Assembly: GCA_026416845.1 (NCBI GenBank)
Contig: JAOAEL010000007.1
Coordinates: 78 to 64,077, forward strand
Source of the DNA: Patescibacteria group bacterium
Lineage (GTDB): Bacteria > Patescibacteriota > Microgenomatia > UBA8517
Length of the DNA stretch: 64,000 bases
Direction: 5' to 3'
Both the position numbers and the translations under genes were made by a program. Of this stretch, positions 1-8,927 are shown piece after piece; the first letter of the stretch is position 1; every line of letters begins with the position of its first letter. The notes under the pieces are model-generated. The model did not search any database. It was not told the origin of the DNA and worked only from the letters and a program-made list of their open reading frames with translations.

Positions 1-7
1 TTACTTA

Positions 8-574
8 ATGCTTTTAGGTTGGGCTCCCAAGGACAACAGAGAGATTTTTAGTTTGAATGATTTTATACAGGCTTTTGATCAGGATGGGGTGCAAAAAGCA
101 AATCCGGTTTTTAATTCCGAGAAACTTGATTGGTTCAATGGGCAGTATATCAGAATGTTGTCAGAAAAAGAGTTGGCAGATAAGATTTTGGATTTTTACA
201 AAGATAAGTATCCTAAAGAAACGGTTTATTATTTATCTCCGCTTGTCAAAAGTCGTATCAGAAAACTTGTCGAATTTGAAGGTCTGGCAGGCTATGTGTT
301 TAAAAGAAGAAAACCAATTAGAATTACAGATAATTTTGAAGCTCATATAAAATCGGCGATTGATGCTCTTTCTGAAATTTATGATTGGAATAAAGAAAAT
401 ATCGATAACGCACTGCTTGGCAAAATCAAAGAATGCGGCTTTAAAACTGGCGACTTTTTTATGGATTTACGGGGAGCAATTGCTGGTAGCAGAGTGACCC
501 CACCTTTTAACGAAAGCTTAGTGCCTATTGGCAAATTAGAGACTTTAGAGAGATTAAAAGAGAGTTTGTTGTAA
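8..574 (+). CDS. gltX: Glutamyl-tRNA synthetase, C-terminal anticodon-binding portion. The N-terminus is cut off by the window edge.
   Basis: The translation (LLGW...FNSEKLDWFNGQYIR...) matches the conserved C-terminal region of bacterial GluRS. The ORF runs in from the window start. The overlapping alternate-frame ORF 57..350 is treated as spurious. Confidence 0.7.
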   Translation: MLLGWAPKDNREIFSLNDFIQAFDQDGVQKANPVFNSEKLDWFNGQYIRMLSEKELADKILDFYKDKYPKETVYYLSPLVKSRIRKLVEFEGLAGYVFKRRKPIRITDNFEAHIKSAIDALSEIYDWNKENIDNALLGKIKECGFKTGDFFMDLRGAIAGSRVTPPFNESLVPIGKLETLERLKESLL

Positions 575-679
575 AATTTTGTATTTTTTTTAATTCTTAG
601 GTTCTAAATTTATCTACAAAATTAACGTTTATGTTAATTAGTCTTAAAATTTGGTTGATGATAAACTTCTTAATTTAAA

Positions 680-1195
680 TTACGGACTTAAAATACTTGC
701 AATTGCTTTTGCAAATTCATTTGAATCAGGTTCATTGTAACTGAAATTTAACAACTTATGTTCCTTTTTGATCCATTCAGCTAAAAGATATTTAGTTTGG
801 GCGTTTGGATTTATTTGTTTTTCTATTTCATTTGGCACGTGAAGTTCAAAAGTAAAGAAACGAACCGGCCTGACTCCAAGAAATATTGCCACATGACTTG
901 CTTCAGTTGTATTTCTAGGTTTGGGTAATTTGATAACTAGCAAAGGAGCTTTATTTACTCCTATTGCAGCCATAAAAGAAGAAAAATCATCTTCTTCTAC
1001 TAATACATCTGTTTCAGAAAGATTATAGTTTTTTAAAGCTTCAAAAGTTTGTTTTAATGTTTTTTTCAAAATTGCATCTCCCAACCTGACAACAGAATCG
1101 AAAAAAGCGAAATAATCTTGTACAATGTCTCGTAGATATTGATGAGTAAAATAATACAACAACGTTGGTCTATTGTCCATTTTTTTACTAAGCAA
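680..1195 (-). CDS. Hypothetical protein
   Basis: 171-aa ORF with no motif I recognise. Codon usage is consistent with the rest of the window. Confidence 0.35.
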   Translation of the reverse strand: MLSKKMDNRPTLLYYFTHQYLRDIVQDYFAFFDSVVRLGDAILKKTLKQTFEALKNYNLSETDVLVEEDDFSSFMAAIGVNKAPLLVIKLPKPRNTTEASHVAIFLGVRPVRFFTFELHVPNEIEKQINPNAQTKYLLAEWIKKEHKLLNFSYNEPDSNEFAKAIASILSP

Positions 1196-2227
1196 ATAAA
1201 ATCAATAATTAACTTTAACTGAAACTGATTTAATCTAAACATTCAGTGATTGTTTGTCAATAAACAACCTTATGTATACTTTATCAAAACTCCAGTTTTC
1301 CCAGTCGCTCCAATCATTTTGTTCGCATTTGTTCCAATCATACACTGATTTATGATTTATCCTCCAGCCATCGCTTTTTTCAATCACAATCCCACCGATT
1401 TGTTCTGTTTTTTATCTTTGATGAAGAGTTGAGCTATTGCTTTGGAGATTTCTTCAACATTTGGGTAAAAGTAAAATTATCAGCCAATTTTCCCCCTAAC
1501 TATCGAAATGCGATGTCATTTTCAAATAAAGTGGGAGTCCGTTAAATTATCCACGACGGCGGATGGTTTTCAAAATACATTTCTTTTACTTTAAAAAATA
1601 TATCCAAACCATTGGATGGCCTGGCTAGCTCTTTTCATACCATTCATTGTGAATCTGAGCAAAATTTTCAGAAGTTTTATCTTCCCAGCCTCTTGAGATT
1701 TGTTTCAAGTCTTATTGTGTAACAGTATCAAAAGTTCTTATCTTGAGTTTTCAATCTTTGCTTTCGCAAATATCTTTAGTGATGTAAACCTAGGTCCATA
1801 AGTTAACTCTATTTCTTCGGCTTTAGATAGCCTGTCAATCTATTGATAACTTGGTAGCCTTGGCTCTAATGTATTTTTTTGTCTTTTTCCTTGACTATCA
1901 GTTTTTACTTACACTCTCACGCTTTCATCAAAAAAGGAAAATCACTACTTTAAGAACACACGTAGACCCATTATATGCCCTTCTGGTTCAAATCCGAAAA
2001 AAAAGAACCACAGGTTTCATATCCAGAATAATTTTAAACATATAATAGAGATGAAAATCAACTGATTTTGTAGATGCAAGGTGCCAATTTCAAGGCTAAT
2101 TCTCCAAGCACTGAGGGTAAAGTACCAATGTTTGAGTAGTCAAATTTACTTTAGTTAGAATGAAGATATGTGTTTTTCTGTGCCACAAGGTTATTTTGTT
2201 AAAATCGGGGCTGAGCCTTCACAAAAA

Positions 2228-2345
2228 ATATCGAACTTCAATGTACTGGATTGGCCTTTAGCCTCGTTTGCTCCGTCGCGGCGCCCCCACACGCCGTGCC
2301 TCCACTATTTTTTGCGCGTGTAATTTTCGCTCGGCTTCGTAGAGT
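2228..2345. other. GC-rich non-coding island (candidate structured RNA or foreign remnant) just upstream of ORF 2419
   Basis: The segment ccgtcgcggcgcccccacacgccgtgcctccac ... gctcggcttcgtagagtgcagggtgtg is far more GC-rich than the surrounding AT-rich DNA. It has no ORF. It contains a short GC stem (CGGCG ... CGCCG). Confidence 0.3.
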
Positions 2346-2418
2346 GCAGGGTGTGTTTACAAAATTTTGCAATTTGATAAAATTTCAGCATAGAATCAAT
2401 AATTAACGTCATTATACT

Positions 2419-3720
2419 ATGTTAGACCAATTTGAACAAAGACCGCCAATCAATTTTGAAGAAGTAAATCTCACTCCTGAAAAAAAACCGCGTCCAAAAA
2501 TTTGGGGCGAAGTAAGTGACCCCAAAAAACATGATCCAAAAAAATTTCGGTATTTGGTTCATGCCTTCAATCCTTTTGCAACGGCTTCGCAACAATTAGC
2601 TGCAGTTTCCGCAGAATTATCCGGCGCATGTAAAGTTGATAAATCAGAAGGTGATCAATCCATAAATCTTTTTGATCAGCCAGAAAGATTAGGTGAGCGG
2701 GTTTCTCTAAGTATGTCTCTTATAGATCAAGAACATACCAGAACTTGGGGACAAGGAGGAATTATCGTTGAAGCTCCAGAGGGCAATATCGTTATCACTT
2801 CCCCAACTGACATGGGGTCGCATAGTTCAAGCAAAGAATTTTTGAGACGACAGGCACAAGGTCGATTACTGCTTTCTGGCGATCAATTACTTAAATTAAC
2901 TTCTGGTGGAATCTATAACGAGGTTGTGGCTTTTGGAAGATCTGAAAGCGGAGAGACACTGCAATTAAGAGGTTTCTTTATCAAAGTGGACAAGCGTGGT
3001 CAGCCAACCGATCCGGTAATTGCAGAAAAAATGAAACAACATGCTAGACGATTAAATTTGCCTCTTGTTGAAATACAAGTTCAAGGGCCTTATGAGCAAG
3101 AAATGTTTGAGATCGCAGAAAATAGTGTTTGGGCGCATTATAGAGGCAATCGATATAATTTAGGTAGCGATAACCCTGAATTTGCTTTCAGAGCATACGA
3201 CGATAAGTGTGATACTTTTTTCCCTTCTCCTCAAGAAATTGAAGATGTGATTGCACATTTTGTTCAGAGTGGCAATTTAGATTCGGCGCAAGCTCAACAA
3301 ATTAGGCAAAGGTATAAAATTGCAGACTCTCAAAGAAAATCTCCAAAAGTTGAGTATGATCCGAAAACAAATGAAATAATCCGAGTAACTATCAAAGATG
3401 GTTATGGTAAAGATGAGATTGAATATTGGTTAAACCCGTTCGGAAATTGCTGGAGAGTTAATATGAAGGAATACAAAAAAGTTCTCAGAAAAAGTTTCTT
3501 AAATTCACAAAGAATAAGAACTGATGCTTATCAACACTTGAGATATCAAACTCCACTCTCAAGCTCTGAAGTATTATTTATATTAGAAAGCAGAAGAGAA
3601 ACTATGGAGCCGGAACAATGCGAAAAATTAATAAGGCTTTTTAGCAGTGTGAAAGATAAAATTGATCAGGTATACAATCAACAGCAGACTTTCACACGAA
3701 GAAATAGGTTTAGTCTTTAA
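2419..3720 (+). CDS. Hypothetical protein of 433 aa with no recognisable domain
   Basis: Long uninterrupted ORF. Its GC content looks noticeably higher than neighbouring genes. It lies between a decayed non-coding stretch and a tRNA-Gln gene. Confidence 0.5.
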   Translation: MLDQFEQRPPINFEEVNLTPEKKPRPKIWGEVSDPKKHDPKKFRYLVHAFNPFATASQQLAAVSAELSGACKVDKSEGDQSINLFDQPERLGERVSLSMSLIDQEHTRTWGQGGIIVEAPEGNIVITSPTDMGSHSSSKEFLRRQAQGRLLLSGDQLLKLTSGGIYNEVVAFGRSESGETLQLRGFFIKVDKRGQPTDPVIAEKMKQHARRLNLPLVEIQVQGPYEQEMFEIAENSVWAHYRGNRYNLGSDNPEFAFRAYDDKCDTFFPSPQEIEDVIAHFVQSGNLDSAQAQQIRQRYKIADSQRKSPKVEYDPKTNEIIRVTIKDGYGKDEIEYWLNPFGNCWRVNMKEYKKVLRKSFLNSQRIRTDAYQHLRYQTPLSSSEVLFILESRRETMEPEQCEKLIRLFSSVKDKIDQVYNQQQTFTRRNRFSL

Positions 3721-3849
3721 AATTTTTGCGTTTTTTATTCCTTATTTTTAGGTAGTTGGTAGCAAGTTTCAAGAAAGTTGGATTTGACTCCCTTGCTATG
3801 GTATCAGGAGCGGCAAGTGCCACCTCCCAAACTCTTTCAAATTCATATT

Positions 3850-3922
3850 TGCTGCGGGATAGGGATTCGAACCCCAATAAACAGATCCAGAGTCTGTTGT
3901 CCTACCATTAGACGATCCCGCA
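3850..3922 (-). tRNA. tRNA-Gln (anticodon CUG)
   Basis: The reverse complement folds as a cloverleaf: acceptor TGCGGGA/TCCCGCA with a U1-A72 first pair, D-stem GTCT/GGAC, anticodon stem ACAGA/TCTGT, loop CTCTGGA (U33, anticodon CTG), T-arm TGGGG-TTCGAAT-CCCTA, discriminator G. Folded by hand, not by software. Confidence 0.75.
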
Positions 3923-4110
3923 ATATTTTTCGAATTAAGATTTATTGACAATTTCCAAATTTTTGCCTGTTCAAAAGCGTTTGGAATACAAAATGTGTGT
4001 TTTTTATTTTTAAAATCTAATTTGATAAAAAATTTAACTGCCTTTTATTTTATATTTTACTCAAGCTCAAGTCTAAAGTCTAATTTGTCAAAACTGCTTC
4101 TTGCTTTATA

Positions 4111-5634
4111 CTAAAAGCCGGGAAAGTAATCTGTTTTTATTTGTTTATTTGGTATGCCGATTTTGGCAAGCAGGTTTTTATAAGAATCAACCATCGCGCT
4201 TGGGCCTGATAAATAATATGTTTGCTCTTTATGGTTTTTTAAATATTTTTTGATTATTTCTTCGTTTAAGTATCCTACTTCTCCCTTCCAGTTTGGGGAA
4301 ACCAAATCTTTGTTTGTAAGCAAGTAAATTGTTTTCAATCCTAATTTTTTGTTTGCTTGGTCTAGCACATTTTTGTATGCTATGTCGTTTATTGTATTGT
4401 TTGCGTAAAAAAGAGTGATTGGTCTTTTTTCTTTGACGTTGGTAAGATATCTGATCATACTTATAAAAGGCGTGATTCCTATCCCGCCCGCGATGAAAAC
4501 CAGAGGTTTATTGATGTCTTTTGGCATTACAAAATCACCGCCTAAATTTCCTGCCAATACTTTGTCGTTGGCTCTTAAATTAAAAATTGTATCTTTGAAG
4601 CTACTTCCTTTCGCATCCGCAAACTTTATTCCAAATCTTACTTTTGTGTCGGTTGGCGATGACGCAATAGTGAAGTACCTTCTATTCCCTCTTGTGTCGT
4701 TTGTGGTCGTATTAAGAGTTAGTTCCAGATATTGTCCGGGCAAAAATGTCAATTTTTTGTCTGGCTCAAAAACAAATTCGTAAGTGTTTCTGGCTATTTT
4801 TAGCTTTGTTTTAAAAGCAAGAATAGTTTTTTGTTTTGGACTTATCAAACACGAAAATACATTGCCAATTACTATTGCAAGCTCGGGAGATGAAAAAATT
4901 GGGCCAAAAGAAAATTGAAAGCTAAACAAAAATCCAACTACCGCTCCATATATTTTTCTTTGTAAATTTGTTGCAGGCATTGTCGAAGGTTCTGTAAGCA
5001 TTATTGTTCCCAGAAAGATTGTTGGCCATGAAATAACTACCTCATAAATTGATTTCACAATATCAATATTGTTTTTCAGGCTAAATAAACTGCTTGTCGC
5101 AAGCGTTGTTATAAAAAAAGCAAAGACCATGCCGGATTGTCTTATCTTTTTAACCACTAAAAATCCCAATATGGCAACAGGTATTGCAAGACTTGCGCTT
5201 CCTACCCACCATATAGAATTTCCGAAGCCAAAAATGCCAATTGTCAAAAGAGCGATTGCTACCGGATTGAATATATGACTGTTTTTTAGTTTAAAAATAT
5301 ATTTTGATAAGATAGCAATTGTACTTGCGATGATTGTTATTAAAATATCGCTTTGATAATTATCTGGCGGAGCAATAATCAAAAAAAGTATTAACGCGCT
5401 TATAAGCCATGAATCATTGTTTGTGGGAAGATTAGAAATTTTTTGACAAATTTTGTTTGAAATATAGCATGTTATGATTATTACTGACAAAGAAACAATA
5501 AGAGAAATTGCGTTTAAAGGGAGTATACCTAAAAATCCGTATGCTATTGATAATAAGGCAATCGCACAAAGCGCGTAAACAGTGATTTTATACATTGTGA
5601 TGTTATTTAAATATGTGTCGATTTTTTGTATCAT
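4111..5634 (-). CDS. Polytopic membrane protein with a C-terminal ferredoxin-NADP-reductase-like FAD/NAD(P)-binding oxidoreductase domain
   Basis: The N-terminal ~250 aa is highly hydrophobic with about eight predicted TM helices. The C-terminal half carries an RxYS-type FAD motif (RRYFTIASSP) and a GGxGxxP NAD(P) motif (AGGIGITPF). Confidence 0.6.
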   Translation of the reverse strand: MIQKIDTYLNNITMYKITVYALCAIALLSIAYGFLGILPLNAISLIVSLSVIIITCYISNKICQKISNLPTNNDSWLISALILFLIIAPPDNYQSDILITIIASTIAILSKYIFKLKNSHIFNPVAIALLTIGIFGFGNSIWWVGSASLAIPVAILGFLVVKKIRQSGMVFAFFITTLATSSLFSLKNNIDIVKSIYEVVISWPTIFLGTIMLTEPSTMPATNLQRKIYGAVVGFLFSFQFSFGPIFSSPELAIVIGNVFSCLISPKQKTILAFKTKLKIARNTYEFVFEPDKKLTFLPGQYLELTLNTTTNDTRGNRRYFTIASSPTDTKVRFGIKFADAKGSSFKDTIFNLRANDKVLAGNLGGDFVMPKDINKPLVFIAGGIGITPFISMIRYLTNVKEKRPITLFYANNTINDIAYKNVLDQANKKLGLKTIYLLTNKDLVSPNWKGEVGYLNEEIIKKYLKNHKEQTYYLSGPSAMVDSYKNLLAKIGIPNKQIKTDYFPGF

Positions 5635-5637
5635 GTT

Positions 5638-6522
5638 TTAATTTTTTAAAAATAATTCAGCTTCAAAACCGCTTGATTTTTCAAAGCTAAAATCTTTTTT
5701 TAAGATGAGATAATCAAAATTGTAAGCATTTTGCAATATAGATTTATCTACCAAAAATAGGCAAGTTGACATTGTGTCGGCTATTAAAGCGCTTTGCGCT
5801 ATTGTCCATGTGGCAATAATATCGGTAGGGGAACTTAATGTTTGAGGATTGATAATATGATGAAATTTGTCCCATCGTCGCCTGTTGCCCGACGACGCGC
5901 AAATGCTTGCGTTATTAAGATAAATAATTCCAATTACTTCAGATAAATTTTTGGGATTTTCCAATCCTATTTGCATTCTTCCTTTGGGGTAGTTATTGAC
6001 GTATATATCCCCTCCCGCGTCAATGCAAAAAGAGTTGATTTGGTTGTCTTTCAGCAAATTTTTTATTATATCAATCAAGTATCCCTTGCCAGCCGCTCCG
6101 AAGTCTATGACGACATTTTGTTTTATTTGAATATATGGATAGTTGTATTCAAGCGCGTTTTCCCATGTTGGCGGATGGTGAAGCGAGATTTTGGGAATAA
6201 AAGAGTAGTCTGAGCCATATCCTGATTCTTCCATGAGATCGCCTATTAGTGGAGTGAAAATTCCATTTGTGATTTTGTATAAGTTTTGATATAAGTCAAA
6301 AATATCTTTTGCGTCTTTAGGCAATTTTGACTTTTGTCTTAGGCGGGATATTTTTCTCAACCAAGAATCGTCTCTAAATCTTGAGTATTTTTTTTCAAAA
6401 TTGTCAGCTTCGCTTTTTACCAAATCAGAAATTTTGGCTTTAATTTTTTTCGATACAGGATCGTAAATATCAATTTGCCAAACAGTCCCCGTTGCTTCAA
6501 ATGTAAAGCTGTTGAGATCCAT
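5638..6522 (-). CDS. apbE: FAD:protein FMN transferase (ApbE family flavin transferase)
   Basis: ApbE-family signatures are present (GAAGKGY...D, CASSGNRRRW...INP) at a length of about 290 aa. Confidence 0.7.
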   Translation of the reverse strand: MDLNSFTFEATGTVWQIDIYDPVSKKIKAKISDLVKSEADNFEKKYSRFRDDSWLRKISRLRQKSKLPKDAKDIFDLYQNLYKITNGIFTPLIGDLMEESGYGSDYSFIPKISLHHPPTWENALEYNYPYIQIKQNVVIDFGAAGKGYLIDIIKNLLKDNQINSFCIDAGGDIYVNNYPKGRMQIGLENPKNLSEVIGIIYLNNASICASSGNRRRWDKFHHIINPQTLSSPTDIIATWTIAQSALIADTMSTCLFLVDKSILQNAYNFDYLILKKDFSFEKSSGFEAELFLKN

Positions 6523-6528
6523 CTTTGA

Positions 6529-7032
6529 TTACGATTTAGCTTCCGCTTTTATTTTTGCGATGGCTTCGTTAAAGCCTTTTGGGGTTAGCGATGAACCGGC
6601 AACTTTGGTTAGGTTAAGATCGCCAATTTTTTTGCCAATAACAAATTGTTTGTAATTATTGGCAAATTCCTGCTGAAATCTTCTTGATGGCGGATCGCTG
6701 GCTCTAATTTCTACTGATGAATCTATTATTATCCCTTTTTCTAATTTTATTCTTAGACCTATTTCACTTTGCCCGCCGGGAGTTGTGTATTGCCCTAATG
6801 CCTCGTAATCCCCGTCTTTGTATGTGTTGACAACTGTATCAACTTTATCAGACGATTCTTCGTTTGTTATTTCAATTGCAGGTGATGTATTTGTCGTGGG
6901 GGTGGCAGGTTTTTGCTGACTTAAATATACTCCAATTGCAATTGCGGCAATTACAAAAACAACCGCCATTGGCAAGAAATTGCTGTTTTTTTGATCTGGT
7001 TTTGATTCTGGTTCACTATGGTTTTCTTCCAT
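6529..7032 (-). CDS. Membrane-anchored FMN-binding domain protein, a likely ApbE flavinylation substrate
   Basis: An N-terminal TM anchor is followed by an FMN_bind-like domain ending in a GSSLT flavinylation-type motif. It sits immediately upstream of apbE on the same strand. Confidence 0.55.
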   Translation of the reverse strand: MEENHSEPESKPDQKNSNFLPMAVVFVIAAIAIGVYLSQQKPATPTTNTSPAIEITNEESSDKVDTVVNTYKDGDYEALGQYTTPGGQSEIGLRIKLEKGIIIDSSVEIRASDPPSRRFQQEFANNYKQFVIGKKIGDLNLTKVAGSSLTPKGFNEAIAKIKAEAKS

Positions 7033-7092
7033 AAAACTTTCACCTCCTTGTTGATAAAAATGGTGATTGTAGAAATTAAATTAGTCAAGCAG

Positions 7093-7629
7093 TTAGTCTC
7101 TATTTAGATTCGTTTTGCGTATTAGTTTGGCTATCATTACTATCTGTCTTATTTCTCCATCGGCTCCTTCAAAAACAGTTGCTCCTGTAGCTTTTTGGTA
7201 TTCTGATAGCAGTTGAGAAAGCATTTCGTTTGCTTCATTTTGTTCCTCTTTTATTTTTTCCATCTTTTGATTTAGAGCTTTACCGTTTGGCGAGGACATT
7301 AACTCTTTTTTCCTTTTGCTTTTTTCTTTTGTTGATTCTTTGGCTTTGACAGAAAGTTCAGCGTATAAAGGATCGTTTGAAAGATATGAATCAATCATCT
7401 CTTTTACAGGTTGAATTTCCTGCTTAAGATTTTCAATTCTTGAAAGATATATATTTATTTGAGATTGAAGGTTTTGAAGATAATCAAATTGACTAGAAGC
7501 ACTTTTTGTGTCTACAACTTGGTTTATTTGTGTTGAATTGTTTTCACTTGAATAGGAATTGACTTGAAGATTTTGTGTATTTGCAGTTTCTGCAAAATCT
7601 TGATTTGTTGTTTTTGTTTGGTCATCCAT
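7093..7629 (-). CDS. Hypothetical coiled-coil protein
   Basis: 178-aa ORF rich in Q/E/K heptad-like segments. Confidence 0.35.
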   Translation of the reverse strand: MDDQTKTTNQDFAETANTQNLQVNSYSSENNSTQINQVVDTKSASSQFDYLQNLQSQINIYLSRIENLKQEIQPVKEMIDSYLSNDPLYAELSVKAKESTKEKSKRKKELMSSPNGKALNQKMEKIKEEQNEANEMLSQLLSEYQKATGATVFEGADGEIRQIVMIAKLIRKTNLNRD

Positions 7630-7673
7630 AATTTAACATTAAGCCATAAAAAACATTAAATATCAACAGATAT

Positions 7674-7988
7674 TTGAATGAAGTGTTTATGTTGATTGTC
7701 CGCGCAAAAAAATTGGGATTTTTAGAGTCAGTGGCAGGATTGATGTTTGGTTTTCAGAAACCGCCTGTGTATTTTGAATCAAGAATCGGAATACATACAT
7801 TTTGGGTTTTTTATCCTATAGATGTTATCATACTAAACAGGCAGGGAATTGTAATTAAATTGGTTGAGTCGCTTAAACCTAATCAAATTCTTTTTTTGGG
7901 ATTTAAATCATTTGTAGCGCTTGAGTGTAAGAGTTGTTTTATAAAAGACAATAAACTAAAAGTGGGGGACAAAGTGATTTTTGTTTGA
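7674..7988 (+). CDS. DUF192-family small protein
   Basis: The GLMFG...GIHTFWV...PIDVIILNRQG pattern resembles DUF192 (COG1430). Confidence 0.45.
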   Translation: MNEVFMLIVRAKKLGFLESVAGLMFGFQKPPVYFESRIGIHTFWVFYPIDVIILNRQGIVIKLVESLKPNQILFLGFKSFVALECKSCFIKDNKLKVGDKVIFV

Positions 7989-8000
7989 GCAAGATTTTAT

Positions 8001-8843
8001 ATGGAGATGACTAATCAAAAACCAGATAAATTTAAGGCTGTTTGGGTTTCCCATTCCTCAATTGCGGATTTTTTAAGGTGCCCGAGGACTTATTATTTGC
8101 GAAATGTTTATAAGGATCCAAAAACTAATCATAAAATAACAGTTATGTCTCCCCCTCTTGCACTAGGGCAAGCTGTTCATGAAGTTATAGAATCATTATC
8201 TTATTTACCCGCGCAAGAAAGAATGCTTATTAAATTGTCAAAAAGGTTTGAAACAGCATGGCAAAAGGTTTCTGGCGAAATGGGTGGATTTAAAGATAAA
8301 AAAGAAGAAATCGAGTACAAAAATCGTGGTTTGGTAATGCTAGATAGAATACAAAAAAATCCCGGGCCAATTCTTAGAAAGGCTGTTAAAATAAGAGCTG
8401 ATGGCGGATTGCCTTATTTTTGGTTGTCTGAAGAAGAAAATATAATTTTGTGTGGGAAGATTGATTGGCTTGAATATTTGCCTGATGATAGCGTGCATAT
8501 AATTGATTTTAAAACGGGGAAAAATGACGAAGAAGCTGAATCTTTGCAATTGCCGATTTATTTGCTTTTAGCGGTTAATACTCAAAGAAGGTTGGTTTCA
8601 AAGGCAAGCTATTGGTATTTAGATAGAGATAATTCTAGGATTGAGAAAGTTTTGCCGGAATTATCTTTGGCAAAAGAACAGGTTTTGAAAGTTGCGCGAA
8701 GAATAAAACTCGCTCGTCAAATGAATCATTTTAAATGTCCAAAAGAAGGATGTTTTGCTTGTCGGCCGCTTGAGAAGATCCTAAAAGGCGAAGGTAAGAA
8801 AGTTGGTGTAAGTGAGTATAATCAAGATATTTATGTCGTTTGA
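8001..8843 (+). CDS. PD-(D/E)xK nuclease with a Cas4/RecB-like Cys cluster
   Basis: An N-terminal Cys (CPRTYYL) plus a C-terminal CPKEGCFAC cluster suggest a 4Fe-4S site. A D...E.K core (GKIDWLE ... IIDFKTGK) is present. This is the domain architecture of Cas4/AddB-type exonucleases. Confidence 0.55.
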   Translation: MEMTNQKPDKFKAVWVSHSSIADFLRCPRTYYLRNVYKDPKTNHKITVMSPPLALGQAVHEVIESLSYLPAQERMLIKLSKRFETAWQKVSGEMGGFKDKKEEIEYKNRGLVMLDRIQKNPGPILRKAVKIRADGGLPYFWLSEEENIILCGKIDWLEYLPDDSVHIIDFKTGKNDEEAESLQLPIYLLLAVNTQRRLVSKASYWYLDRDNSRIEKVLPELSLAKEQVLKVARRIKLARQMNHFKCPKEGCFACRPLEKILKGEGKKVGVSEYNQDIYVV

Positions 8844-8927
8844 TGCTGGTTTGTCTAAATTCACAGACTTTTGATAAAATAACCGCTATTGATTAAGTAA
8901 ATAACCCAATATTTAATTTTTTGTAAT

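Noticed and set aside
57-350. 97-aa ORF in an alternate frame inside the GluRS C-terminal coding region
   Set aside because: It is fully embedded in a gene with a clear homology-supported frame and its sequence is low-complexity. It is a spurious overlap.
3730-3850. Second tRNA-like GC-rich patch (ggagcggcaagtgccacctcc) between ORF 2419 and tRNA-Gln
   Set aside because: I could not fold it into a cloverleaf and it has no T-loop consensus. It is likely just 3' flank or a terminator region.
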